From the NCBI GenBank assembly GCA_902779675.1, contig CACZCK010000029.1, forward strand, positions 613-24,612: DNA of 24,000 nt, read 5' to 3'. The stretch is from an uncultured Coriobacteriaceae bacterium. GTDB taxonomy: Bacteria; Actinomycetota; Coriobacteriia; Coriobacteriales; Atopobiaceae. Shown one piece after another: positions 1 through 7,044 of the stretch. The first letter of the stretch is position 1, and every line of letters begins with the position of its first letter. The translations under genes were made by a program, and so were the position numbers. The notes below the pieces were generated by a model. It saw only the letters and a list, made by a program, of their open reading frames with translations, did no database searches and had not been told where the DNA came from.

Positions 1-18
1 AAGCTCCTCGATAGTCAT
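1..18 (-). CDS. 5' end of a minus-strand gene running off the left edge (MTIEEL...); product unknown
   Basis: The start is the ATG at 18..16 (rc), preceded 8 nt upstream by AAGGAGG (rc of 27-33). Only 6 codons are visible. An in-frame ATG at 60..58 is an alternative start. The gene is divergent from lanM. Confidence 0.4.
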
Positions 19-183
19 ACGTAGCGCCTCCTTCTGTTGTTCGCCAGCTCCCTTGCTCATCCTATAGCTTATACGCTCGATTGGCTCATTCTATCCCACA
101 ATCGCTACGTTGGCCGAACCGTGAAGAGCTCCAAGCGCCGATACTGCCCCATCCCTCGATAAAGAGACCTTCTCCCGTCACCG

Positions 184-189
184 TATAAT
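184..189 (+). promoter_or_regulatory. Candidate -10 hexamer upstream of lanM
   Basis: A perfect TATAAT lies at 184-189, ~145 nt upstream of the lanM ATG. No convincing -35 is present (TCGATA sits at poor spacing). Confidence 0.25.
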
Positions 190-334
190 AGTCACGCGTA
201 CACAACCCTGTCCAAGAAGAGGAAGGCGCGCGCACCATGACCGTCTGCAGGCCACGTAGAAAGGCATTGATAGACGACGGAGGCAAGGCAAACCCCACCG
301 CTGTTGCCAAGAGCAATGCGAGTGTTACTCAAGC

Positions 335-3193
335 ATGGCAGTGCATATGGATGTAACAACCGCAATGGAACAACAGATGGCTCCACTGTACTCGCGAGTG
401 GTTGCGCCGTACCTGGATCAGGCGACTCGCTCACTCGCAGGTACGCGCTTCGAACTGCTGCTTTCGCCCTCATGTCAAAAAGCGCAGCTGATGAGACTCT
501 CGGACACGCTGTGTGCGTATGCACGGGATGTGCTTGCCCATCTTGTTGCCACGCAGCTCTCGCAAGAGAACCCTCTCTGGAGCATAGACGTCACGCTCGC
601 GCCAGTTGCAGAGTTTGCACGTGCAGCAGAGAAGGTAGCCGAGGACCTGAGGGACTCCGATGCGGCCGTGCTGGACGATGTGGCACCCCTCCTTCGCTCC
701 AAGCTTGCGCGGCAGATGAGGCGCTTTGTCTCTGTAAGCTTGGAATCATGCGAGCGAATCTGGCGCGACCGGAACGTACTATCCACTGAGCTCCTCGGTA
801 AGAGCTTTGGCCTTGTGACGGATTTGGCCACCGAACAGAGCGACTGCCATAACGGCGGACGGCACACCACCGTGGTGACCTGCGAGGGCGGGCGCTTCGT
901 GTACAAGCCACGCGACTGTCGCATCGACGTGTGGTTCAAGCAGATCTGTCACAAGTACTTACCCGGCGTGCTCTTGCAGCCGAAGACGATTCTGCGCGAA
1001 GACGATACGGGTTCTTGGGCCTATCAGGAGTTCATGACACGCGATCCCGTGGACGATGAAGGGGGAGTTGCCCTCTACTGGCGCAACATGGGTCGCGCGT
1101 TCGCGATCTTTCACATGCTGGGGTCAGAGGATCTTCACGCCGAGAACTTCGTGGCGGTCGGAGAGCAGCCATCTCTCATCGATTGCGAGACGGTGATTAC
1201 GGGTGAGCCCGCCATGCGCGGCGACCCGCTTGTAAGCCCCAACATGAGCCACGTCTCCAAAGGCTTTGGGCGCGACCTTGCTGCAACACTTGTCATGAGC
1301 GGTCTACTTCCCTCCCCCAAATGGCCGCAAGCTTTCGGGGGCACGCAACGCCTCGCCCCTTCGGGCGACACGAGTCCGCTCCTCGCCCACGGCAAGAGCT
1401 GCCTGCCCATGCTGGCAGGCAGCGAGTACGACGTGCTTGGATACGAGGACGAGCTCTTTGGCGGATTCGAGGAGAGTCTGGCAGCACTCTCCTCCGTCTC
1501 TGATGCGCTCTGCGACGATCTGCAATCGGCATCGGGCATTCCGGTACGCCGTCTCATGCGAGACACAAGCGTCTACGGGCACGTACTCGCACGATTGCAA
1601 CGCACCGATGCCTATGATCCAACTGTTCGCGAGAAACTCCTTGAGGCCCTACATCGACCGTTCGTGCGTGGTCAAGAGTCCGCGAGGTCGCCCCTCGCGC
1701 AGAGCGAGGCAGCGTCCCTGCTCGTGGGCGACATACCATACTTCTACGCTGACGCACAGTCGCGTACCATCATGGGTTCCGATGGCACAGCTGACGACCT
1801 CCTTCTGGAGTCCAGTGCCATAGAGCGGGCAGGTACGCGCATAACATCTCTGGATGCGCAGCAGAGCATCTTTGCACGCGCAGTGGTAAGGGCCAATGTG
1901 CGTCGCGCGCTCGTGCCAGACCAGTCGGATGCCCCTGCATGCGTGGCCGCAAGGGAGCCGCTCACTGTCGAGGAGGCTCTCACAGAGGCGGGACATGTGT
2001 TTGACACGCTCGAAGGAATGGCTTTGATGTCACCATCGGGAGAGGAATCGTGGCTCTTCCGCGGCGAACACAAGGGCACGCTTGGCCAATCCACGATAGC
2101 TTTCGCAAACGGGTTGGGAGGCGTAGCAGTGTTCTTGGCTGCGTTCGCGGCGAGAGCGACGACCGATACGGCGCGCAGCCGTGCATTCGAGCTGCTCGAT
2201 GGCTGTCTCTCTCGTGTGGATGAGGTGCTCGAGGTCTTGGAGAACACTCGAACCATACCGGAGCGTTCGGTAGGGCTGGGCATCGCCAACGGACTCGGAG
2301 GCGTCGTCCGCTCGCTTGATCTTGTAGTGCGAGCGCTCGGCACCAGTGACACATGCGAGAAGCCTGCAGCATGTGCCACCCAGCTCCTTCTGCGTAGCAT
2401 TCCAGTGCTCGAGAAGGCAGATATAGAGGGCGCTGTACATCTGGATGTCTACTCAGGAGCTGCGGGAATGCTTCTCGCGCTCTCACAGTGCGATCTCGCG
2501 AGGAGGAGCTCTCGGGCAAAGGGGGTTGCAAAACGCTTGGCCCTGCAGCTTCTCAATGCGCGGACCCTTGTGACGAAGGATGGAGCCAGGCTGTGTGACA
2601 CGATGGGCACAAACTGGCCTGCAAGCGGTTTTGGCCATGGCCAAGCAGGCATAGGCGTGGCGTTCTCGGCGGCATCGAAGGCGTATGGAATTGATGCAAA
2701 CGACGCCTGCCAAGACAGCCTTGCCTGGGAGCTCGCGGCCCACAGCGAAAGACTCGGCACCTGGCCCGACCTGCGCAGGCTCCCCCTCTCGAGCAGGCAC
2801 ATGCACGGTGTCTGTTCAGGTGCACCCGGCGTAGGCCTTTGCGCCCTCTCCGTGCGTGATGAGACAGCAGACGATGCGGCATGTCTGCTTGCCAACAGGC
2901 TGCTCGTGCGCGCTGACAAGGCATGTCGAACGCTCCCCCCCAACTATCGCGACACACTCTGTTGTGGCAATGGCTCCCTCATCGAGTATCTGGTGTCAGC
3001 AGGACGCACAGACGACGCAGGGTGCCTGCTTGCGGGCATAGTCAAGAGACAGCGGTTGCTTGGCCACTATGTGTTCATGCCCAAAGGCGTGCGCCCCACT
3101 GACGATCCAAGTCTCCTGTATGGCCTCGCCGGCATTGGCTATGAGCTGCTTCGCTACGCCGACCCCGCTCTCGTTGGCATCTTTGTAGGTTGA
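335..3193 (+). CDS. lanM: Class II lanthipeptide synthetase (LanM: dehydratase plus LanC-like cyclase)
   Basis: This is a 952-aa ORF. The N-terminal half carries LanM dehydratase (DUF4135-type) signatures: DCHNGGRHTTVVTCEGGRFVYKPRD and DLHAENFVAVGEQPSLIDCETV. The C-terminal half carries LanC-like signatures: GFGHGQAGIG, VCSGAPGVG, LCCGNGSLIEYL and LLYGLAGIGYELL. ATG 335 has no clear SD, so ATG 347, 365 or 377 are alternative starts. Confidence 0.9.
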   Translation: MAVHMDVTTAMEQQMAPLYSRVVAPYLDQATRSLAGTRFELLLSPSCQKAQLMRLSDTLCAYARDVLAHLVATQLSQENPLWSIDVTLAPVAEFARAAEKVAEDLRDSDAAVLDDVAPLLRSKLARQMRRFVSVSLESCERIWRDRNVLSTELLGKSFGLVTDLATEQSDCHNGGRHTTVVTCEGGRFVYKPRDCRIDVWFKQICHKYLPGVLLQPKTILREDDTGSWAYQEFMTRDPVDDEGGVALYWRNMGRAFAIFHMLGSEDLHAENFVAVGEQPSLIDCETVITGEPAMRGDPLVSPNMSHVSKGFGRDLAATLVMSGLLPSPKWPQAFGGTQRLAPSGDTSPLLAHGKSCLPMLAGSEYDVLGYEDELFGGFEESLAALSSVSDALCDDLQSASGIPVRRLMRDTSVYGHVLARLQRTDAYDPTVREKLLEALHRPFVRGQESARSPLAQSEAASLLVGDIPYFYADAQSRTIMGSDGTADDLLLESSAIERAGTRITSLDAQQSIFARAVVRANVRRALVPDQSDAPACVAAREPLTVEEALTEAGHVFDTLEGMALMSPSGEESWLFRGEHKGTLGQSTIAFANGLGGVAVFLAAFAARATTDTARSRAFELLDGCLSRVDEVLEVLENTRTIPERSVGLGIANGLGGVVRSLDLVVRALGTSDTCEKPAACATQLLLRSIPVLEKADIEGAVHLDVYSGAAGMLLALSQCDLARRSSRAKGVAKRLALQLLNARTLVTKDGARLCDTMGTNWPASGFGHGQAGIGVAFSAASKAYGIDANDACQDSLAWELAAHSERLGTWPDLRRLPLSSRHMHGVCSGAPGVGLCALSVRDETADDAACLLANRLLVRADKACRTLPPNYRDTLCCGNGSLIEYLVSAGRTDDAGCLLAGIVKRQRLLGHYVFMPKGVRPTDDPSLLYGLAGIGYELLRYADPALVGIFVG

Positions 3194-3222
3194 CCGGCCG
3201 GTCACAAGGGAGGTCACTCAAG

Positions 3223-4197
3223 ATGAGAGACATGCTGTTCTCTGTTCTGTGCGGAATGCTGGCCGCAAGAGGCAGAGACGAGTCGCTGCTCGGTGATGAT
3301 AGAGCGGAGGCGCAATCGGCTTTCGCCCGCATGATGCCAGAACTTGGCAGAATCCATGCATACTTTGAGGTTCCGCTTACGGGTGAGCGAGGTCTCGACG
3401 TGCACTGTTGTGTGGACGATGCGGTGCCTGCAAGCTGTGTGCCGGACTCTGCTGACCCTGCATGGAAAGACGCCCTCGCGTGGTTTAGCGGCATTGCCCC
3501 CGTGCAAGCCAAGAGCGGTAGGGTGCTGCTTATGGCCGAGGCGGATACGAGCATGAACCCTTGCGCTCGTCCCGGCACCTACCTGATTCAACGCGAACGA
3601 CACGATCTTGTGGAGCCCTACCTTGCGGCTGTCAAAGAGGACGGCAGGCTTTCCGGATGGCAGGATTATTGCGCTCATCTTCCAAGGGGATGGAAGACGA
3701 GCTACGTTGGCCTCTTTCCTGGACGAGCGGGTGGCCATCTGCGCGTGAACGCACACCCATCTGTCGAGGCCTTGTGTCTTGATGAGGTGCTTGCGGAGCT
3801 CGGGCTATCAGTGGACAAGGAGTCGCTCGACCTCTGCCAAGAGCTGGTGACCGATGCATTGGGCTATGACATACAGTTGGACATAGACGACTGGGGAGTA
3901 CCCTTACCGGACTTTGCATTGGAGGTCTTCCTCGAAGGCACCGTGCCGCCCCGAGCCCCCGGGAACGATGGTCGTGTTGAGCGCGTCTTCGCACGCATGG
4001 AAGCAAGTGGCGCTGCCGACGCTCGTTGGCACCACCTCATGGGTGCGGATGTCTCCAAGCGTGTGACGTTGCCCCATTCAGGTGCGATGATCCCTTGCGC
4101 CGTGAGTCTGCGCACGTTTTCTGCAAAGGTGAGGTTCTCGGGCGGCAAGCCGTCTCTCTCTAAGGCCTACCTACGTGGTGACGCATGCGCCTTCTAA
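3223..4197 (+). CDS. Hypothetical protein (324 aa), probably co-transcribed with lanM; no family recognised
   Basis: ATG 3223 lies 9 nt after AAGGGAGG (3206-3213) and 30 nt after the lanM stop. The ORF-track start at 3190 is a TTG overlapping the lanM stop and is less likely. Third-position GC bias looks coding-like. The protein has 10 Cys and many short beta-strand-like segments (YFEV, VLLMAEAD, TYLIQRE, LRVNAHP, YDIQLDID, FALEVFLE, AKVRFSGG, KAYLRG). Confidence 0.75.
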   Translation: MRDMLFSVLCGMLAARGRDESLLGDDRAEAQSAFARMMPELGRIHAYFEVPLTGERGLDVHCCVDDAVPASCVPDSADPAWKDALAWFSGIAPVQAKSGRVLLMAEADTSMNPCARPGTYLIQRERHDLVEPYLAAVKEDGRLSGWQDYCAHLPRGWKTSYVGLFPGRAGGHLRVNAHPSVEALCLDEVLAELGLSVDKESLDLCQELVTDALGYDIQLDIDDWGVPLPDFALEVFLEGTVPPRAPGNDGRVERVFARMEASGAADARWHHLMGADVSKRVTLPHSGAMIPCAVSLRTFSAKVRFSGGKPSLSKAYLRGDACAF

Positions 4198-4316
4198 CAA
4201 GGTTCGCGTTGCAACGAGGAGACTGGCCCTGGGCCGTAACGCGGATCTTGCCAGAAGAAACTGACTCCTCCCTTCCGGTGTGAATCATCCCAAGAGGAGC
4301 CTTTTCTAGTGAAGTA

Positions 4317-4616
4317 AAGTGGTGCGCCGATCTCTCGTACGCACCACTTCTGACCTGCGGTTTTGTTGTCTTTTGGGGCGGAGCGTGAAAGACCGTTGCG
4401 ACCCTATTTTCACTCCCACTCAATCAGGATTGCGTTGCTATGGTAGCCCTAGGTGGCTCGGAGCGAGCCCTCGTGCCCACGCTGTCCGTCGTAGTTCCGA
4501 CTATCGTCTCCGCAGACGTCAAAGCGACGTCACGCGCGCTGTTCCCGCACCCGTGACGTCGCCTCACTCGAAGTCGGGTGACGTCATGACGTCACCCGAC
4601 AGTGTTTGCGCTGGTA
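4317..4616. repeat. Copy A of a ~300-bp non-coding element (5' hairpin module, 87-nt divergent core, GACGTC-palindrome module)
   Basis: By hand alignment it is homologous to 5913-6210 in the same orientation: about 85/111 identity in the 5' module, 51/87 in the core and 92/102 in the 3' module. The 5' hairpin is AAGTGGTGCG (4317-4326) paired with CGCACCACTT (4339-4348). It has five GACGTC sites (4515, 4526, 4555, 4580, 4588) and a perfect 28-nt palindrome at 4573-4600. Confidence 0.85.
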
Positions 4617-4648
4617 ATCATATGTGTCGATTATCAAACGGCAGGCGT

Positions 4649-5002
4649 CTAGCGCAGGAGCTCGCCTTCGAAGTACTGCTCCTGAAAGCGAATCGCCCGC
4701 AGTATCTCCTCGTCAGGGTAATCGGAGCCATCCAGAGAGACAATCCACTTGTCCTCCACATCATCCAGGCGGTGATACACGGCTATGACCTTGCCTTCGA
4801 ACGACTCGATCGGCTCGTCAGTGCCGAGCACATAGACGTCCTGTTCCTCGCCGTCACCCGCGATGACTCCGTCTACGAAGCCGTAGTTCACGGGATACAC
4901 CATGTCAGAGTGCCGGGGATGGCGGCTCCCGATGGGACGGTCGATCGTGCCCACGACAATCCTCCCGATGACGTCTTTTGCCAGGTCGTCTCTCCAAACC
5001 AT
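4649..5002 (-). CDS. Short family-I inorganic pyrophosphatase-like protein (117 aa)
   Basis: YPVNYGFVDGVIAGDGEEQDVYVL and HRLDDVEDKWIV match the family-I PPase core (YPxNYGFxP..DGDxxDVxVL and D..DxK). The N-terminal strand bearing the EIPxGSxxKYE motif is reduced to IDRPIGSRHPRH. The SD GGGGAG lies 8 nt upstream of the ATG and overlaps the stop of the preceding ORF. Confidence 0.8.
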   Translation of the reverse strand: MVWRDDLAKDVIGRIVVGTIDRPIGSRHPRHSDMVYPVNYGFVDGVIAGDGEEQDVYVLGTDEPIESFEGKVIAVYHRLDDVEDKWIVSLDGSDYPDEEILRAIRFQEQYFEGELLR

Positions 5003-5015
5003 TGCCGCTGCTCCC

Positions 5016-5237
5016 CTACGCCCAGAGGCCTCTGCGCGAGACCGCGTAGAGCGGCACGTTGCGCATCCACTCCTGCTCTCGGTAGCCCGAGAGGCTGAAG
5101 CGCACGGCCGACACCTCGGGATGGGCGCCCTTGAACGCGCGGAGACTCTTCGCCCGCAGGTTCTCCTCGGCCTTCACCTCGGTGGCGAACGTGCTGCCGC
5201 CTCTCGGCATGATCTTCATTATGCTCATCTTCGCCAT
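5016..5237 (-). CDS. Small hypothetical protein (73 aa, MAKMSIMKIMPRGGSTFATEVKAEENL...)
   Basis: This is the internal ATG of the 5016..5483 ORF; the stretch upstream of it is Arg/Pro-rich nonsense that overlaps the P-loop gene. From the ATG onward third-position G/C bias is strong. Its TAG stop sits inside the SD of the downstream PPase-like gene, which suggests translational coupling. No family was recognised. Confidence 0.5.
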   Translation of the reverse strand: MAKMSIMKIMPRGGSTFATEVKAEENLRAKSLRAFKGAHPEVSAVRFSLSGYREQEWMRNVPLYAVSRRGLWA

Positions 5238-5302
5238 TCTCGCCTGCCTTATGGCCCTGCGTCTGCTGGCGTGCGGGCTGGTGGTGCTGTGTCTTCTCGC
5301 CC

Positions 5303-5797
5303 TTATCGGTGGATGATCCGATCCGCCGCCATCACGGGCGTGAGGCCGGTGGTGTCCATCTTCTCGCCACCCAGGGCGTCGTAGAGCGGGAGCCTTGCCA
5401 GGCTGCGGCCGATGACGTCGGGCTGGCGGATTCCCGCGGAGACGTCCTTCCCCAAGCGGCGGCAGAGCTCTTCCTCCGAGCACACGAGGGAAATCGTCCT
5501 CACCAGGCAGCTTGAAACGTCAAGGCGCGAAAGCAAATCGTTGACGATCTCCTGCTCGTGCATGACCCAGCAGAAGATGACATTCTCATAGGCGCTACAG
5601 CGAATGAAGTTGTTCAGCACGTGGCAGATGTTGTCCATCACCATAGCCTTGGTCTCGTCGGTCACCACGAAGGGGGCTGCGTCCCAGCACCAGTCTCCGT
5701 CGAGCAGCACCGCGTTCGGCAACATCCGTTTGAGCTCTTGGCACGTGGCCGTCTTGCCTACACCCATGGTTCCGCCTATGAGGTAGAGCGTCTTCAT
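5303..5797 (-). CDS. P-loop NTPase / small-molecule or nucleotide kinase-like protein (164 aa)
   Basis: A Walker A motif, GGTMGVGKT, occurs in MKTLYLIGGTMGVGKTATCQEL, followed by LLDGDWCW. The size and layout fit the shikimate/gluconate-kinase-like AAA fold. I place the start at ATG 5797 (AAAGGA lies 9 nt upstream) rather than the ORF-track 5833, which overlaps the predicted -10. Confidence 0.85.
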   Translation of the reverse strand: MKTLYLIGGTMGVGKTATCQELKRMLPNAVLLDGDWCWDAAPFVVTDETKAMVMDNICHVLNNFIRCSAYENVIFCWVMHEQEIVNDLLSRLDVSSCLVRTISLVCSEEELCRRLGKDVSAGIRQPDVIGRSLARLPLYDALGGEKMDTTGLTPVMAADRIIHR

Positions 5798-5831
5798 CGT
5801 GCGCGTCCTTTTCGTTCTCGCTCTTCCCATC

Positions 5832-5860
5832 ATTGTAAGCGGTGTTTTTGACGTGGGTCA
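5832..5860 (-). promoter_or_regulatory. Candidate promoter of the P-loop/small ORF/PPase-like operon
   Basis: On the minus strand, TGACCC (rc of 5855-5860) is followed by a 17-nt spacer and TACAAT (rc of 5832-5837). This sits ~30 nt upstream of ATG 5797. Confidence 0.35.
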
Positions 5861-5912
5861 TTCTTCATCTTGCCTATTCGCACGGTTGGAGGAGGTTACC
5901 GCCTGTGGGACG

Positions 5913-6210
5913 AAGTGGTGCTCCGAATTCTCGGACACACCACTTTTGCCCTGCGCAAACGTTGTAATTTGGGTAGACCGTGAAAGAGCGTTGCGAGCCT
6001 AAAAAACTCCCACCCAATCAGAGAGACGTGGATGTGGCAGATTGTGGTGGTTCGAGACGCTCCATCGTATCCCCTGTCTCCACCGTGGTTCTGACAATCC
6101 TCCCTGCGGACGTCAAAGCAACGTCACGGGCACCGTTCCCGCGCCCGTGACGTCGCCTCACTCGCAGTCGGGCGACGTCATGACGTCGCCCGACCGAGTT
6201 TGCGCTGGTA
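5913..6210. repeat. Copy B of the ~300-bp non-coding element
   Basis: It is homologous to 4317-4616. The 5' hairpin pairs AAGTGGTG (5913-5920) and TCCGA (5922-5926) with TCGGA (5931-5935) and CACCACTT (5938-5945), followed by TTG to give CACCACTTTTG. GACGTC sites lie at 6109, 6149, 6174 and 6182, with AACGTC at 6120. A perfect 28-nt palindrome lies at 6167-6194. Confidence 0.85.
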
Positions 6211-6333
6211 GCGATGGCAAAAGAACCGAAGCACACGCTTAGCTCATGACATAGCGAGTGCCGCGGCCTGAACCTTGGACGCGAATCAGGCCCTTGGCCA
6301 CATTTCTAAGGCCCCCGCGTGCCACGCCAATCG

Positions 6334-6936
6334 CTAGAACAGGCGAACGAGCCACACCATCAGCAGCCCGACTGCCGCACCGACGAGCATGCCGGCGAGC
6401 ACCTTCCCCATGACGCTCGCAGCGAACGGCCTCTGGACGCGCTGCGCCCTGATCTCGTCCAGGGGCTTGCCGTCCACGAACGCCCTTATCTCGCGATATG
6501 TCTGCACGTCGTACTTCTTCTTGGCCTTCTCGACGAGAAAGGTGAAGTACAGGGCGATCACGTAGACGAGCAGGCACATCGCGAGCGCGAGCCAGTTTTC
6601 GTGGTCGAACGCCACCCCCGCCACGACCAACGACACGATGGCAAGCGAGCTTGAGATTGCCGTGTTGCGCCTGAACTCCCTCACGTCCTCCTCCGCGGCC
6701 CTCGCGTCCTCTTCCTCGATTCTTGCAGCGATCATGGGTAGGTCTCCTTTCACGAGTTCGTCTATGGAGGTCCCGAAGTGGCCGGCGATAAGGCTCAGGC
6801 TCTGCACGTCCGGATAGGACTTGCCGTTCTCCCAATTCGAGATCGTCTGGCGGCTCACGAACGCCTTCTCTGCCAGCTCCTCCTGCGACATCCCGGCCTC
6901 CGTTCGCAGGTCGCGTATCACCTTGCCCACTTCCAT
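6334..6936 (-). CDS. XRE-family helix-turn-helix regulator with C-terminal transmembrane segments
   Basis: The N-terminus IRDLRTEAGMSQEELAEKAFVSRQTISNWENGKSYPDVQSLSLIAGHFGTSIDELV is a classic Cro/C1 HTH. Hydrophobic stretches are ISSSLAIVSLVVAGVAF, LALAMCLLVYVIALYFTFLV and VLAGMLVGAAVGLLMVWLV. The SD AGGAGG lies 6 nt upstream of ATG 6936. Confidence 0.9.
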   Translation of the reverse strand: MEVGKVIRDLRTEAGMSQEELAEKAFVSRQTISNWENGKSYPDVQSLSLIAGHFGTSIDELVKGDLPMIAARIEEEDARAAEEDVREFRRNTAISSSLAIVSLVVAGVAFDHENWLALAMCLLVYVIALYFTFLVEKAKKKYDVQTYREIRAFVDGKPLDEIRAQRVQRPFAASVMGKVLAGMLVGAAVGLLMVWLVRLF

Positions 6937-6993
6937 TTCTGCCTCCTTCCAAGCCTTGTGGATCCTACCCTAGATGGTCCTTGCGCCATTGTC

Positions 6994-7044
6994 TGTCAAA
7001 TGGCGTTGCGAAAGGGCCGAAAACGGTGTCAAAACCCTTTGACA
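6994..7044. promoter_or_regulatory. Candidate operator/promoter region of the XRE gene
   Basis: TGTCAAA occurs at 6994-7000 and 7027-7033. TTTGACA at 7038-7044 forms a perfect 7-bp inverted repeat with a 4-bp spacer (TGTCAAAACCCTTTGACA). The motifs contain TTGACA -35-like hexamers on both strands. No good -10 was found. Confidence 0.35.

Noticed and set aside
86-316. The 76-aa minus-strand ORF upstream of lanM, with a Cys/Ser/Thr-containing C-terminus, was considered as a possible lanthipeptide precursor.
   Set aside because: It starts at a TTG with no SD and overlaps another equally poor ORF (192..524). It has no recognisable leader, such as a double-glycine or ELxxx motif, and its codon bias is weak. 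I cannot support it as a lanA.
4319-5098. The plus-strand ORFs through the two repeats (4319..5098 and 6042..6242) share the peptide VPAPVTSPHS-x-SGDVMTSPD-x-VCAG. Three of the substitutions are synonymous in that frame.
   Set aside because: The shared peptide is simply the translation of the conserved palindrome module. The synonymous changes are the same ones that are compensatory in the palindrome. The ORFs have a TTG start or no start, have no SD, are Arg-rich, and one runs antisense through the PPase-like gene. The minus-strand frame is interrupted by a stop in copy A. Coding cannot be excluded absolutely but is unlikely.
6041-6065. GGTTCGAGAC in the core of repeat B resembles a tRNA T-loop.
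   Set aside because: No complementary T-stem, acceptor stem or D-loop could be built around it on either strand. Copy A lacks the motif.
4317-6210. The two 300-bp repeats were considered as a CRISPR array, an IS or MITE pair, or prophage att sites.
   Set aside because: There are only two copies, each 300 bp and 1.3 kb apart, which is not CRISPR geometry. They have no terminal inverted repeats, transposase or target-site duplication. At 76% identity with a mosaic pattern, they are not what identical att duplications look like.
6239-6952. A 237-aa minus-strand ORF overlaps the XRE gene in another frame.
   Set aside because: Its translation is Arg/Gly-rich nonsense. The 6334..6936 frame gives a textbook HTH with a good SD.
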